From Methanobacteriota archaeon (GTDB lineage: Archaea > Thermoplasmatota > Poseidoniia > Poseidoniales > Poseidoniaceae), in assembly GCA_002722135.1 (NCBI GenBank), contig PBKJ01000027.1, forward strand, positions 6,968 to 70,967: a stretch of 64,000 nt of DNA. Direction: 5' to 3'. The translations under genes were made by a program, and so were the position numbers. Positions 21,501 to 29,485 of this stretch are shown here, piece by piece. Position 1 is the first letter of the stretch, and every line of letters starts with the position of its first letter. A model generated the notes under the pieces. That model did no database searches. It was not told the DNA's origin and saw nothing but the letters and a program-made list of their open reading frames with translations.

Positions 21501-21598
21501 TCAACGGGTTCCGGTTCGACGATCTCCTCGCCAATCCCCAAACATCCGGCCATCAGCATGGTCAGGACCAAGGTCACGGCCGTCAATGGTCTCCGCAT
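18509..21598 (-). CDS. Lipoprotein with TSP type-3 repeats and C-terminal peptide-N-glycosidase F-like domain
   Basis: MRR..LMAGC lipobox; DxDxDGCxD repeats; CHEWDY, EFARWITTY, ITGHG, CAEFC, RAGWCAG. Confidence 0.82.
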   Translation of the reverse strand: MRRPLTAVTLVLTMLMAGCLGIGEEIVEPEPVETKTPTLATGNWELNSASSIRNPVAGDLLIFEVEGIPLQYLESVAVGDVRTTHDMGVPEVVRDVAVSRTDVLVVAIMAPSTGVVQVSIDLMPEDDVLFDGGPFTLETTLHIGQAGIRLVLPVAAVADEGTISIQGEVAPLRDRPDQDLASVSCTVLMDLGPESDSEEVMLDDARSFTINRAEEGLPPALVFTATCVGPVDTATDERSVRLILSEVVVDADGDGVHDDLDLCPNGVGETEGWTSKASTDHDGDGCRDRDEDEDDDNDGISDALDGCLSEPGWTSSTLEDHDNDGCRDASEDDDDDNDGRRDVEDACPQGMTGWISLRSLDWDLDGCNDNEEDDDDDSDTVLDVDDACPKGESAWLQDNSTDWDRDGCLDLTEDEDDDNDGVDDMDLNGTMLDLCPQSTIGAAVDEFGCAADQRDTDGDGVVDATDLCPGTPPSTSTDAQGCEDVDGDGVHLQNDRCPSSPIRWTIDEHGCAVVQLPVPWTSTQGAPTVSGPFQTVGEFSVPTLSGTLTFSDLWDGNSTYLFILMKTTSSGSSASTFTMNPGTLTRNLPDDTHLVYGSYDSSYRSQVTDRKADVEQRLNADEEEAWEGRIHYLDLDLSGATGDLGEALSALGEPTTFGIDRFQRLRQTGSTYTWGTSSTTYDPQHMSHEAWMWHAEHPVEIRRSDPAVEAVDLMFEDQHQGGWGGGFTTAMNATFDLNHDLATYDTLEMFHEHACSERRDRYQTSSGGYAGCHEWDYEANLRICDRDNASKCGTEFARWITTYGREGRWLTDLSPYLFMLDDGEDRRFTYRGANGGSLTITLLFSRWGESTVDHRPSSATFAFTGGQFNGSYNDPALYERERTLTIPADASRVRIVATITGHGFQKDDANCAEFCDHEHHFTIGSNTAYEWHPIVYSNTGCEQEVPRGVVANQFGSWPYGRAGWCAGQDVKQWTYDITDWVTPGATETLSYRGLFNGAEYQPTGESATGGRNIHAEIWVVYDVPLPERS

Positions 21599-21623
21599 GA
21601 CCGGCAATGCGCGGCAAAGGACC

Positions 21624-22682
21624 TCAACGTGTCGGTGCGGGTTCTGCGTGTTCGGCACGCCCGTCGGTCAACTTGACGGTCAACTTTGGAATTGGCCCTT
21701 GTGGCCATCGGGCTCGAACTGGCGTCACGTGGAGGAGTCGGCCATGCTCTGGGTGGTCGCATGCCACGATGATTTCCCAGTGAATCCTGATGAGTGCGTC
21801 GTACATCGTGCCGGGCCATGGCCCCTCTGGTGCCTCGATCTCGACGTCGCGGCCAGCGACCGACGTCCATGCTCCCCGAGAGGCCAACCTCATCGGTCGA
21901 AGGTAGACGTCACCCGGCCAGTCGTGTCGGCCCATCGGCGATTCTTCTCCTAACCCCGTGCCGTCGCCCATCGCGGGTTCCATGCCTTCCAAGGCCGTGG
22001 TCATCCCGGGAGGAGGTTGACCGCTCGGATTTCGACTGAGGGCATTGAGGATGTGGTGCCTTCTTGGCGCCAACACGCCACATTGGAGGCTAGCAAACAC
22101 GGCGTGCTCAGATGCAAGTCCGTCGATCTTGATGCGGGTCGTCCCTTCACTGTCGACGTGATCAACGTCGACCTCAAGCCGAAGCCGCTCATCCGCCATG
22201 ATGTTGGTTTGCCTGCGAAGATCGCCCACGTTGACGGTCAATCGCAAAATCAGAGGCGTCAGGATCAGCGGGACAACAATCAGCCCGAGAAGGGGGTAAT
22301 CAAGGAGGCCTAAGCGGACACTGTTCGTCCCGAAGGTCGGGATGTTCAGGGCGTCGAAACCCGGTGCAAGCGCGAGGTAAAGCAGCGTAAGCAGCATCAC
22401 GATGGCCACGCCATCCACCATACGACGGAGCCGTCGGTGGAGAGGGCGGGGCTCGAGAAACCACCCGGTTCGCTGAGCTTTGACGACGCTGGGAAAAGGC
22501 CTCGATTCAATGGATTCGCCCTCGACGTCGCCAAGTCCACGCCGCTCGACGTACCAACCTTCTGCGGTTTCAATTCGAAAGTCCGATCCAAAGGCGCGAT
22601 CGATGGGGCCAATGACAGGGTCGAGTTCGGTCGGTTTCAGCCTTCGGGGGTCGAACGGCGGATGGCGATACACCTCTTCCAT
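21624..22682 (-). CDS. Hypothetical two-TM membrane protein
   Basis: 352-aa ORF, two hydrophobic helices, GAGGTG SD-like site upstream. Confidence 0.65.
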   Translation of the reverse strand: MEEVYRHPPFDPRRLKPTELDPVIGPIDRAFGSDFRIETAEGWYVERRGLGDVEGESIESRPFPSVVKAQRTGWFLEPRPLHRRLRRMVDGVAIVMLLTLLYLALAPGFDALNIPTFGTNSVRLGLLDYPLLGLIVVPLILTPLILRLTVNVGDLRRQTNIMADERLRLEVDVDHVDSEGTTRIKIDGLASEHAVFASLQCGVLAPRRHHILNALSRNPSGQPPPGMTTALEGMEPAMGDGTGLGEESPMGRHDWPGDVYLRPMRLASRGAWTSVAGRDVEIEAPEGPWPGTMYDALIRIHWEIIVACDHPEHGRLLHVTPVRARWPQGPIPKLTVKLTDGRAEHAEPAPTR

Positions 22683-22691
22683 GTCTTCACC

Positions 22692-23897
22692 TCATGCCGT
22701 TAACATGGCCCAGCCGGCCCGAAGGGCCAGCGGCCGGAAGGACGGAACCTTGCGGAGCATCTCAATTCCGAGAGGGACTGGGTGCTCGATGTCACCAAGC
22801 CTGTTGATCATCGCTGTCACCTCGGGTTGCGCAAACACGGCGACGTGCCGCTCCAGCGTGTCGTCATCGCTTTCGGTCAGGAAGAGGTTTCTGAGGGCTC
22901 TTGCGCGCGTTTGATGGCGCTTCAATTCGTCCCAAGGCCGAGCGATTTTCTTCAGCGAGGTCTCACAGAGGAGGTCGGCGTGGATGGCTTCAGCCAAGCG
23001 GTCAGCCACCATGCTGACCTGCTTGAAGCCGGGTCCGATGCCGCCTCCTGTCGTCGGCTTCGCCAAGCCAGCCGCATCGCCGAACAGCATGGCACGTTCC
23101 CGGACTGGCCGTCGGACCATGCCGCCGGGAATGGGGCCGCAATACCGTGCGACGATTTGGCAGTTCACGAACCGGTTGGCATGCCGTGATGTATGCATGA
23201 GGCCGTGCAACAGCGCTTCCGGGGATGCATGCTCAAGACGGTCAGGTGACGACCAAAGTCCAATCCGATGCGTGCCGAACCCGGTCGGAATGGCCCATGC
23301 AAAGAACCCTGGAGCAATCGATTCGCCTGTGAACATCTCGAGCCAGCGTTCGTCGGTGTTGAACCCCGTGACCTCGACTTGGTTTCCGATCATGATTTCC
23401 TTTGGCCTTCCGCTGCGTAACCAGTGACGGACACGGCTGTGGGCGCCGTCTGCGCCCACCAGCAGGCGGCAGGTGGTGGTCCCGGTGGACGCCCCTTGTT
23501 GGTGATGAACGCGCCAACCCTCGCCTTCAACCGGCAAAATTCCAGTCGCTTTCGTCGAAAGCAGCAAGCTGCTTCCAGCCTTGATGGCCTGTTGGACGAC
23601 GCCCTCATCGAACCTGTTTCTGCAGACGGCACTGGTGCGGACCTCACCAGGGACGCCCACGGAGACGGAAGCCCGGTGTGGTCCGTGGATGGTGGCGCCA
23701 TCGATCTCTTGCAACACGGTGTGTTGCAATCCCACTTGAGCCATGGACCAGGGATTGACCAAGCCCGCGCACTGGAAAGGTCGGCCGATGGACGCGTGCT
23801 CTTCCATCAGCAGGACATCGACGCCCCGTTCAGCAAGAACGGTGGCCAACCGTGCACCGACGGGCCCGGCTCCGACGACGATGACGTCGTGGTCCAT
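22692..23897 (-). CDS. Geranylgeranyl reductase family FAD oxidoreductase (DGGGPL reductase-like)
   Basis: VIVVGAGPVG, QCAGL, GADG, PGFFAWAIP, GDAAGLAKPTTGGGI. Confidence 0.87.
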   Translation of the reverse strand: MDHDVIVVGAGPVGARLATVLAERGVDVLLMEEHASIGRPFQCAGLVNPWSMAQVGLQHTVLQEIDGATIHGPHRASVSVGVPGEVRTSAVCRNRFDEGVVQQAIKAGSSLLLSTKATGILPVEGEGWRVHHQQGASTGTTTCRLLVGADGAHSRVRHWLRSGRPKEIMIGNQVEVTGFNTDERWLEMFTGESIAPGFFAWAIPTGFGTHRIGLWSSPDRLEHASPEALLHGLMHTSRHANRFVNCQIVARYCGPIPGGMVRRPVRERAMLFGDAAGLAKPTTGGGIGPGFKQVSMVADRLAEAIHADLLCETSLKKIARPWDELKRHQTRARALRNLFLTESDDDTLERHVAVFAQPEVTAMINRLGDIEHPVPLGIEMLRKVPSFRPLALRAGWAMLTA

Positions 23898-23936
23898 GGT
23901 GTGATTCCGGGGGGCGTACCCCATGAAGCATACGCT

Positions 23937-26678
23937 TCATTCCTTCTTCGCGAAGCGGTAACGCACCTGTTGTGCTTTGTTCAGGTAGAGGATGGCAGTA
24001 AACGGATTGCCCTTCTTTGAGATGAGGTCGGAAAAGGGTCCAACTTGCCCTTCGGTGATCAACGTGGCCGCTTCCTCACGCGTCAACTCGCGCTTTGAGA
24101 TTTCACGGGCGATCTGAATCTTGCATCCGGTCCCGGCTTCTTTGGGTTGGTAATGCGTTGGTGTTTCCACAATCGCGGCGTTGGTCTTGGGACAAACCGC
24201 AACGACGCCGGGGGTCACGTCAAACTTCGTTGCGTCTGCTGCGGCCTGGCGCGGCGGGAAGTCGTATTCGATTTTCTTCCCGTTCAAAACCAGATAGGCG
24301 CTGAATGGTTTTCCACGACGAGAAATGAATCCTTCCAGCAAGGCAGATCGTCCTTCCGTCAAGATGGCTCGTGCTTCTTCGACCGTGATGGGCCGCTGGC
24401 ACATTTCAGCCCGAATGCCGCGGAACGTGCACTCCTCGCTGTCGCATGCATACCCGTCGTGACCTTGTCGAACGGTGCCTGATTCGCAGACTGGACAAGC
24501 TGCGATCGGTTCATCGGTGATCTCAACGCTGCCCGCGCCGTTGCCTTTCGTGGTGACCTTCCCTGCGTCGCTCAGCGTCACCGACGCGGCGTACTCCTCG
24601 CCTGTACGGCTGAAGAATCCGTGAAGGTCGTCGATGGCCTTGGATTCGATGAGACGAGCGGCCGTGCCTCGATCGAACCATCGGCCGGAGGTGTCTTTCC
24701 AGAAGATGAAGTTGCATCCTTCATCCGCACCCAGATTGGCCACGCACTGGTAGGCCAAGGTGGTCTCGCGAACCGGCTCATTGCAGGAAGGGCAGGCAGC
24801 GATGTCCTCTTCATCCGCATACAACACAGACCTGTCGTGGTCTTTGATGCGATGCACCATGGTGGTGGTTCGCTCGATGATGTCGTTCATGTACGCGCTA
24901 CGTTCGACTTCGCCCCGCTGAACCTGCAGCAAGCGGTGTTCCATCTCTCCTGTCAACTCTGGCGAGGTGATCCAATCCACACCGATTCGACGGAGCATGT
25001 CAATCAGGCGCATGCCAATCGCGGTGGCGCTGAGTTGGCCGCTGCGTGCGCGCCTGATGTAATTCCGATCGATGAGTTTCTCGATGGTTTCAGCCCTGGT
25101 GGCGGGCGTTCCAAGCCCCGTGTCCTTGAGCGCTTCTGAGAAATCGTCGTCCTCGACGTGACGACCAGCATTTTCCATGAGAGAGAGCAAACGGGCTTCC
25201 TTGAGGCGACTGGGCGGTTTGGACATCTCTTCGTGGAAGGTCACCTCATCGAGGCTTCCTTCTGCTCCATTCGAGACATTGCCCCACTGCTCAGGGATGC
25301 TTTCCTTTTTGGTTTCGATGTGGCGGAAGCCAGGATCCACGAGGTGTTCCACGCTCTTGACGAAGTCTTGGGATCCCGCCGTTGCGGTCCGCGTTTCGAC
25401 CCGCCAGGTTGAGCGGTCGGACCATGAGGCAAGAAAACGCCGGGAAATCAGGTCGAACAGCTTGGCATGGTCCGCCGGCAGTGCCTCGCTTGGCAGCACG
25501 CCAGTGGGGACGATCGCGTAGTGGTCACTCACCTTCGCGTCATTGAAATTGCGGTCCGTGTTTCGAAGACCCTCAGATTGCAAACGGTTGACGTGTGTTG
25601 TGTACTCCTTGATGCCAGCCAGCGTTTCGATGATCTCGTTCACCTTGTCCGTCATGTCAGAAGGCAGGTATTGGGAATCCGTACGGGGGTATGTGGTGAC
25701 CTTGTACCGGTCGTAGAGGTCCTGAGCGACGCTGAGCGTCCTGCGTGAGGGCCACGACCAGAGGCTGTTGGCCACACGCTGCAAACTTGTGAGATCAAAA
25801 TTGAGTGGGACGCGCTCATGCTTTGGCCGCTCCTCCACGGTGACGGTGACGGATTTGGCTGCCGCGATGTCCGCTTCGACGGCATCTTTCTCTTCCACGT
25901 CGAGGATGCGATTGGCCTTGTATTCAGGCCGGTTTTCATCCGACTTGTGATCGCGACGAATCCAGCGCGCCGACCATACCGAATCGCCAACGTGGACGTC
26001 AGCGGTGATGTTCCAGAAGGGCTCGGGCACGTAGCTGAGAATTTTCTTCTCTTCGTCAGCAATCATGGCCAGGGTAGCGGTTTGGACTCGGCCCAGGCTA
26101 ATGGTGGTGCGTTCACGTCGCCCTTTCAGGAAGGTGTTCCCGACACGTGAGCCGTTCATGCCGATGATCCAATCGGCTTCGGAACGTGAACGCGCAGCGG
26201 CCCCAAGGTTGTCGTATGTCCCGCTTGGTTGGCGTCCTTCCCACGCCGTTTTGATGGCACCAGCGGTCATGGATTGAAGCCACATCCTTGACGTGGGTGC
26301 CTTGGCCTTTGTGTGCTCGATGATGCTCCTGAAAATGAGCTCACCCTCCCGGGCGGCGTCACAGGCGTTGACGATCTCGGTGACGTCTTTGGCGGAAACG
26401 CGCTTCTTGATGGCGGAGAGGACCTTCCGGTTTCGGCCACCCTTTGCCTTGTACTCGAAAGGATCCGGGACGATGGGAAGCCTGTCGATGGTCTTCCTCC
26501 AATTCTTGAATTCCGGATCATAGTCTTCCGGGAACTTCTGTTCGACGAGATGGCCGATGGCCCACGTGACAACGAGTTCGTCGCCCAACCACGCGTCGTC
26601 GGCTTTTTTTGTCGCGCCAAGCACCTTGGCGATGTCATCGGCAACGCTGGGTTTCTCCGCGATGACGATGACGGTCAT
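23937..26678 (-). CDS. topB: DNA topoisomerase III (bacterial-type IA) with C-terminal repeats and zinc ribbons
   Basis: IAEKPSVA, NACDAAREGELIF, GMNGSR, SLGRVQT, TYPRTDS, DHYAIVPT, GLGTPATRA; repeated GF.SR.GKPFSA units. Confidence 0.9.
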   Translation of the reverse strand: MTVIVIAEKPSVADDIAKVLGATKKADDAWLGDELVVTWAIGHLVEQKFPEDYDPEFKNWRKTIDRLPIVPDPFEYKAKGGRNRKVLSAIKKRVSAKDVTEIVNACDAAREGELIFRSIIEHTKAKAPTSRMWLQSMTAGAIKTAWEGRQPSGTYDNLGAAARSRSEADWIIGMNGSRVGNTFLKGRRERTTISLGRVQTATLAMIADEEKKILSYVPEPFWNITADVHVGDSVWSARWIRRDHKSDENRPEYKANRILDVEEKDAVEADIAAAKSVTVTVEERPKHERVPLNFDLTSLQRVANSLWSWPSRRTLSVAQDLYDRYKVTTYPRTDSQYLPSDMTDKVNEIIETLAGIKEYTTHVNRLQSEGLRNTDRNFNDAKVSDHYAIVPTGVLPSEALPADHAKLFDLISRRFLASWSDRSTWRVETRTATAGSQDFVKSVEHLVDPGFRHIETKKESIPEQWGNVSNGAEGSLDEVTFHEEMSKPPSRLKEARLLSLMENAGRHVEDDDFSEALKDTGLGTPATRAETIEKLIDRNYIRRARSGQLSATAIGMRLIDMLRRIGVDWITSPELTGEMEHRLLQVQRGEVERSAYMNDIIERTTTMVHRIKDHDRSVLYADEEDIAACPSCNEPVRETTLAYQCVANLGADEGCNFIFWKDTSGRWFDRGTAARLIESKAIDDLHGFFSRTGEEYAASVTLSDAGKVTTKGNGAGSVEITDEPIAACPVCESGTVRQGHDGYACDSEECTFRGIRAEMCQRPITVEEARAILTEGRSALLEGFISRRGKPFSAYLVLNGKKIEYDFPPRQAAADATKFDVTPGVVAVCPKTNAAIVETPTHYQPKEAGTGCKIQIAREISKRELTREEAATLITEGQVGPFSDLISKKGNPFTAILYLNKAQQVRYRFAKKE

Positions 26679-26700
26679 GAGTGGGTCGGCCCCGTCGAGC

Positions 26701-27129
26701 CTACTTGAACGATGTTGTGACCTGCCGACTCCGCCAAGCCTCCTCGTCCCAATCATCTTCCAACCCGGGTCCACCGCATCCCAAGCAGCCCGGATATCCC
26801 GCCTCAAGGAGCGAGAGCGCCATGGTTGCAACGTCATGAAAACTCACGCTGAGTGCTCCTTCCGATTGGAACAACAACGTCCGTACATCATCGGATGACT
26901 CCCACGCCACGAGGGGCCATTCCTCTTCCGCGTTCCAAACCAGGGTGGTGTGCGCTGCACGGACTTCGGGAAGCATCAACTGAGCAGGGTTTGCGTCGCT
27001 GATCGCTGAGACCAAACGATGCGCTGTGTCCATGTCGTTTTCATTGACGTCCATGACCACCTTCCGCGTGCGCAGAATGCGCCGTGCAGCCTCTCTGACC
27101 GCCGGCCATCGCACGTCATCTGGGCGCAT
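26701..27129 (-). CDS. Hypothetical protein with C-terminal GCxGCGGPG motif
   Basis: 142-aa ORF upstream of topB on the same strand, TATA-like box about 27 nt upstream. Confidence 0.6.
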   Translation of the reverse strand: MRPDDVRWPAVREAARRILRTRKVVMDVNENDMDTAHRLVSAISDANPAQLMLPEVRAAHTTLVWNAEEEWPLVAWESSDDVRTLLFQSEGALSVSFHDVATMALSLLEAGYPGCLGCGGPGLEDDWDEEAWRSRQVTTSFK

Positions 27130-27152
27130 ATCACCACGACAAGCCCGTAAGG

Positions 27153-27159
27153 CTTGAAG
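27153..27159. promoter_or_regulatory. Near-palindromic TATA-like box CTTGAAG shared by divergent genes
   Basis: Centre (27156) is 27 nt from both ATG 27129 (-) and ATG 27183 (+). Confidence 0.55.
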
Positions 27160-27182
27160 GATGCCCGTGGACGAGGGTGCTC

Positions 27183-28253
27183 ATGGGTTGGCCCTACCGT
27201 ACCTTCGTGCGGCCAATTCAGCGCCTCCAGTCCAGTGAAGGAGCGCATGGTCGGGCCCTGCGGATGCTCAGGATTGCCTCCGCGACGGCACCGGGACGAG
27301 CCATGCTTCGCTTGCTCTACAGGCCAAAGAAAGGCGAGGCCGTTCAGGTGTGGGGCTTGGAATTCCCAAACAGATTCGGCCTTGCTGCAGGCATGGACAA
27401 ACGTGCTGAAGCCCTTCGTGGGTGGTCCAGCATCGGGTTTGGCTTCATTGAGATCGGTGGCGTGACCATGCACGCGCAAGCAGGGAACCCGAAGCCTCGC
27501 ATGTTCCGGGACGACCGCTCACGCTCACTCATCAACCGGATGGGCTTCAACAACGACGGGTCTGAGGCGGTGGCTGAGCGCATCCGTCACCACATTCGCC
27601 GGAAAGGCCCGTTGCCTTGTCCAGTGCTGGCGAACCTCGGGAAATCCAAAATCACGCCAAACGAAGATGCCCTGGTGGATTACGCGACGTCGATGGAACG
27701 GTTGCATGACGTCGTTGATGGCTTCGTGGTGAATGTTTCTTCGCCGAACACACCGAACCTACGTGATCTTCAACATGAGGAGGCGTTGAAGGGATTGTTG
27801 GAGGGCCTCGCCCTCCGGTTGGACGGCTTGAACAGCGGCCACTCCACCCCCCGGCCCATGCTGGTCAAATTCGCACCGGACCTTGCCGAAGACGCCCTGC
27901 TTCGCATGGTGGATGTTGCTCGGGCTGCCGGTGCGGATGGCGTGGTGTTGACCAACACGACCGTGCAGAGGGACGCTCCAACGCATCCTGCCCAAGCCGA
28001 ATTTTTGGCGGAAGCCGGGGGTCTCTCTGGAGCTCCGCTGAAAGACCGCAGCACGGCGATGATCCGCGCGGTGCATGAGCACACCAATGGGACGTGGCCC
28101 ATCATCGGTGTTGGGGGCATCTCGACCGCGGCGGACGCCCGGGAGAAATTGGAGGCGGGTGCTACGCTCCTGCAGGCGTATTCGGCGTTTGTGTTCGAAG
28201 GGCCCTCCTTGGTCCGCAACGTCGTGGACGGTCTGGCAAAAACGTCGCTTTGA
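27183..28253 (+). CDS. pyrD: Dihydroorotate dehydrogenase (quinone), family 2
   Basis: GLAAGMDK, GNPKPRMFR, INRMGFNN, VNVSSPNTPNLR, TNTT, GGLSG. Confidence 0.95.
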   Translation: MGWPYRTFVRPIQRLQSSEGAHGRALRMLRIASATAPGRAMLRLLYRPKKGEAVQVWGLEFPNRFGLAAGMDKRAEALRGWSSIGFGFIEIGGVTMHAQAGNPKPRMFRDDRSRSLINRMGFNNDGSEAVAERIRHHIRRKGPLPCPVLANLGKSKITPNEDALVDYATSMERLHDVVDGFVVNVSSPNTPNLRDLQHEEALKGLLEGLALRLDGLNSGHSTPRPMLVKFAPDLAEDALLRMVDVARAAGADGVVLTNTTVQRDAPTHPAQAEFLAEAGGLSGAPLKDRSTAMIRAVHEHTNGTWPIIGVGGISTAADAREKLEAGATLLQAYSAFVFEGPSLVRNVVDGLAKTSL

Positions 28254-28278
28254 TAGCGGGCATCTTCGACCGTAGAAC

Positions 28279-28665
28279 ATGCTGACCCGCCGGGTCAAAT
28301 TGCTCCTCGTCGGGGCGGCCATCACCGTGGGCCTTTTTGCCACGCTGTTGGTTGATGCACCCGCGCCCACCATGACCGTGGACGATCTGCTCGCGGAGGC
28401 CAGGGACGGCCGTGATGTCGCTGTGCGAGGCGAGGTGTTGGACGGCAGCATCGACAACGGGACGTCGACCTTCGTTTTGGAAGGCGAGTCGACGACGCTG
28501 ACCATCTCCTTCCTCGACGCGACCGTTTCCAACGGCTTGGGGGACAACCGCACCGTGTATGCCGAGGGCACCCTCAAGAAAACCGAGGGAGGTTGGGTGC
28601 TTGAAGCGACGACGATCAAGACATCTTGCCCTTCGAAGTACGAAGAAGAAACGACGACTGATTGA
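28279..28665 (+). CDS. ccmE: Cytochrome c maturation heme chaperone, CxxxY-type CcmE
   Basis: N-terminal TM, OB-fold pattern, C-terminal KTSCPSKY. Confidence 0.75.
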   Translation: MLTRRVKLLLVGAAITVGLFATLLVDAPAPTMTVDDLLAEARDGRDVAVRGEVLDGSIDNGTSTFVLEGESTTLTISFLDATVSNGLGDNRTVYAEGTLKKTEGGWVLEATTIKTSCPSKYEEETTTD

Positions 28666-28690
28666 AATAGAGTCAGCATGACCCGCCATC

Positions 28691-28995
28691 GGGATAGGTG
28701 GGGGGCTCGGCGTACCCTGTACCGCACATCGTCGTTATGGCGGACCGAATGCCCCGGGGCGGCGAACCCGACCCGTGGTCTCCCGCTTGCGGACGTTGAT
28801 GTCTCGCCCCCACATGACCCGGGTGCCATGAACCGTCTCCGGAGGGAGACGGGAATCGGATAACCGGGGGAACAGGTCAGGCCGGGAACGGAGCAGCCCT
28901 ACCTGGGGCCATGGGTGCTGTGGGGACCCGGGATGGAGGAAGCGAGTGGACCAGGGCCATGGGGACGAGCGTCCACCCGGGGCGCGCCCACCTCA
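28691..28995 (+). ncRNA. ffs: Archaeal SRP (7S) RNA
   Basis: Alu-like GGGGGCTCGGCGTACCCTGTA; helix 6 CCGTCTCC-GGAG-GGAGACGG (28833-28852); helix 8 GGTCAGGCCG-GGAA-CGGAGCAGCC (28875-28898); 5' AGGTGGG pairs with 3' CCCACCT; TTGAAATA upstream. Ends approximate. Confidence 0.92.
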
Positions 28996-29481
28996 CACAT
29001 CGAGCAAGACATCGGCGTACCATGCCGGGCCCTGCAGTTCCGGCATGCCCTCTCCCCGTCCAGGCAATACCTCACCCGCTCCAAGAGACGACAAGGTGAG
29101 GCCGTGGCTGCTAACCGCCTTGACTTCCAAGCCGCGTTCGAGTTCGTCAGCGGCCACGTACGTGACCATGGCATGCACACCGGCATGTTCCGTGTCCCTC
29201 GTCAGTTGGATTTCTGCACTGAGCATCCATCGCCCTTGTGTTTGGGCTTGATACAGCACTTCGTCAAGCCAAGCGAGCAGGAGCACGTCATCGTCCACGC
29301 GTCCACCCTTGGTTTCCAACACCGCATTCCACTCGCCATGCATGAGGCGCGATGTTGGCGTCCCGGTCACGTCCATGGCTCCCAAAAGCCCGAGTCCGGC
29401 CTCTGCAAAAACGCGCTCTTTGGTTGGCGCCATCGCGCGTAGGCCGAGGTCTGCCGTGGTCGGCCAAATCCAGTGGCTCAC
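28993..29481 (-). CDS. Archease
   Basis: N-terminal TTADLGL, LLAWLDEVLY, EVKAVSSH, C-terminal VLLDV. Confidence 0.85.
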   Translation of the reverse strand: MSHWIWPTTADLGLRAMAPTKERVFAEAGLGLLGAMDVTGTPTSRLMHGEWNAVLETKGGRVDDDVLLLAWLDEVLYQAQTQGRWMLSAEIQLTRDTEHAGVHAMVTYVAADELERGLEVKAVSSHGLTLSSLGAGEVLPGRGEGMPELQGPAWYADVLLDV

Positions 29482-29485
29482 GTGC

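Noticed and set aside
28678..28863. 61-aa ORF after ccmE
   Set aside because: Lies within the SRP RNA.
28691..28995. RNase P RNA as the identity of the structured RNA
   Set aside because: No GAGGAAAGTCC P4 motif; SRP helix 6, helix 8 and Alu motifs are clear.
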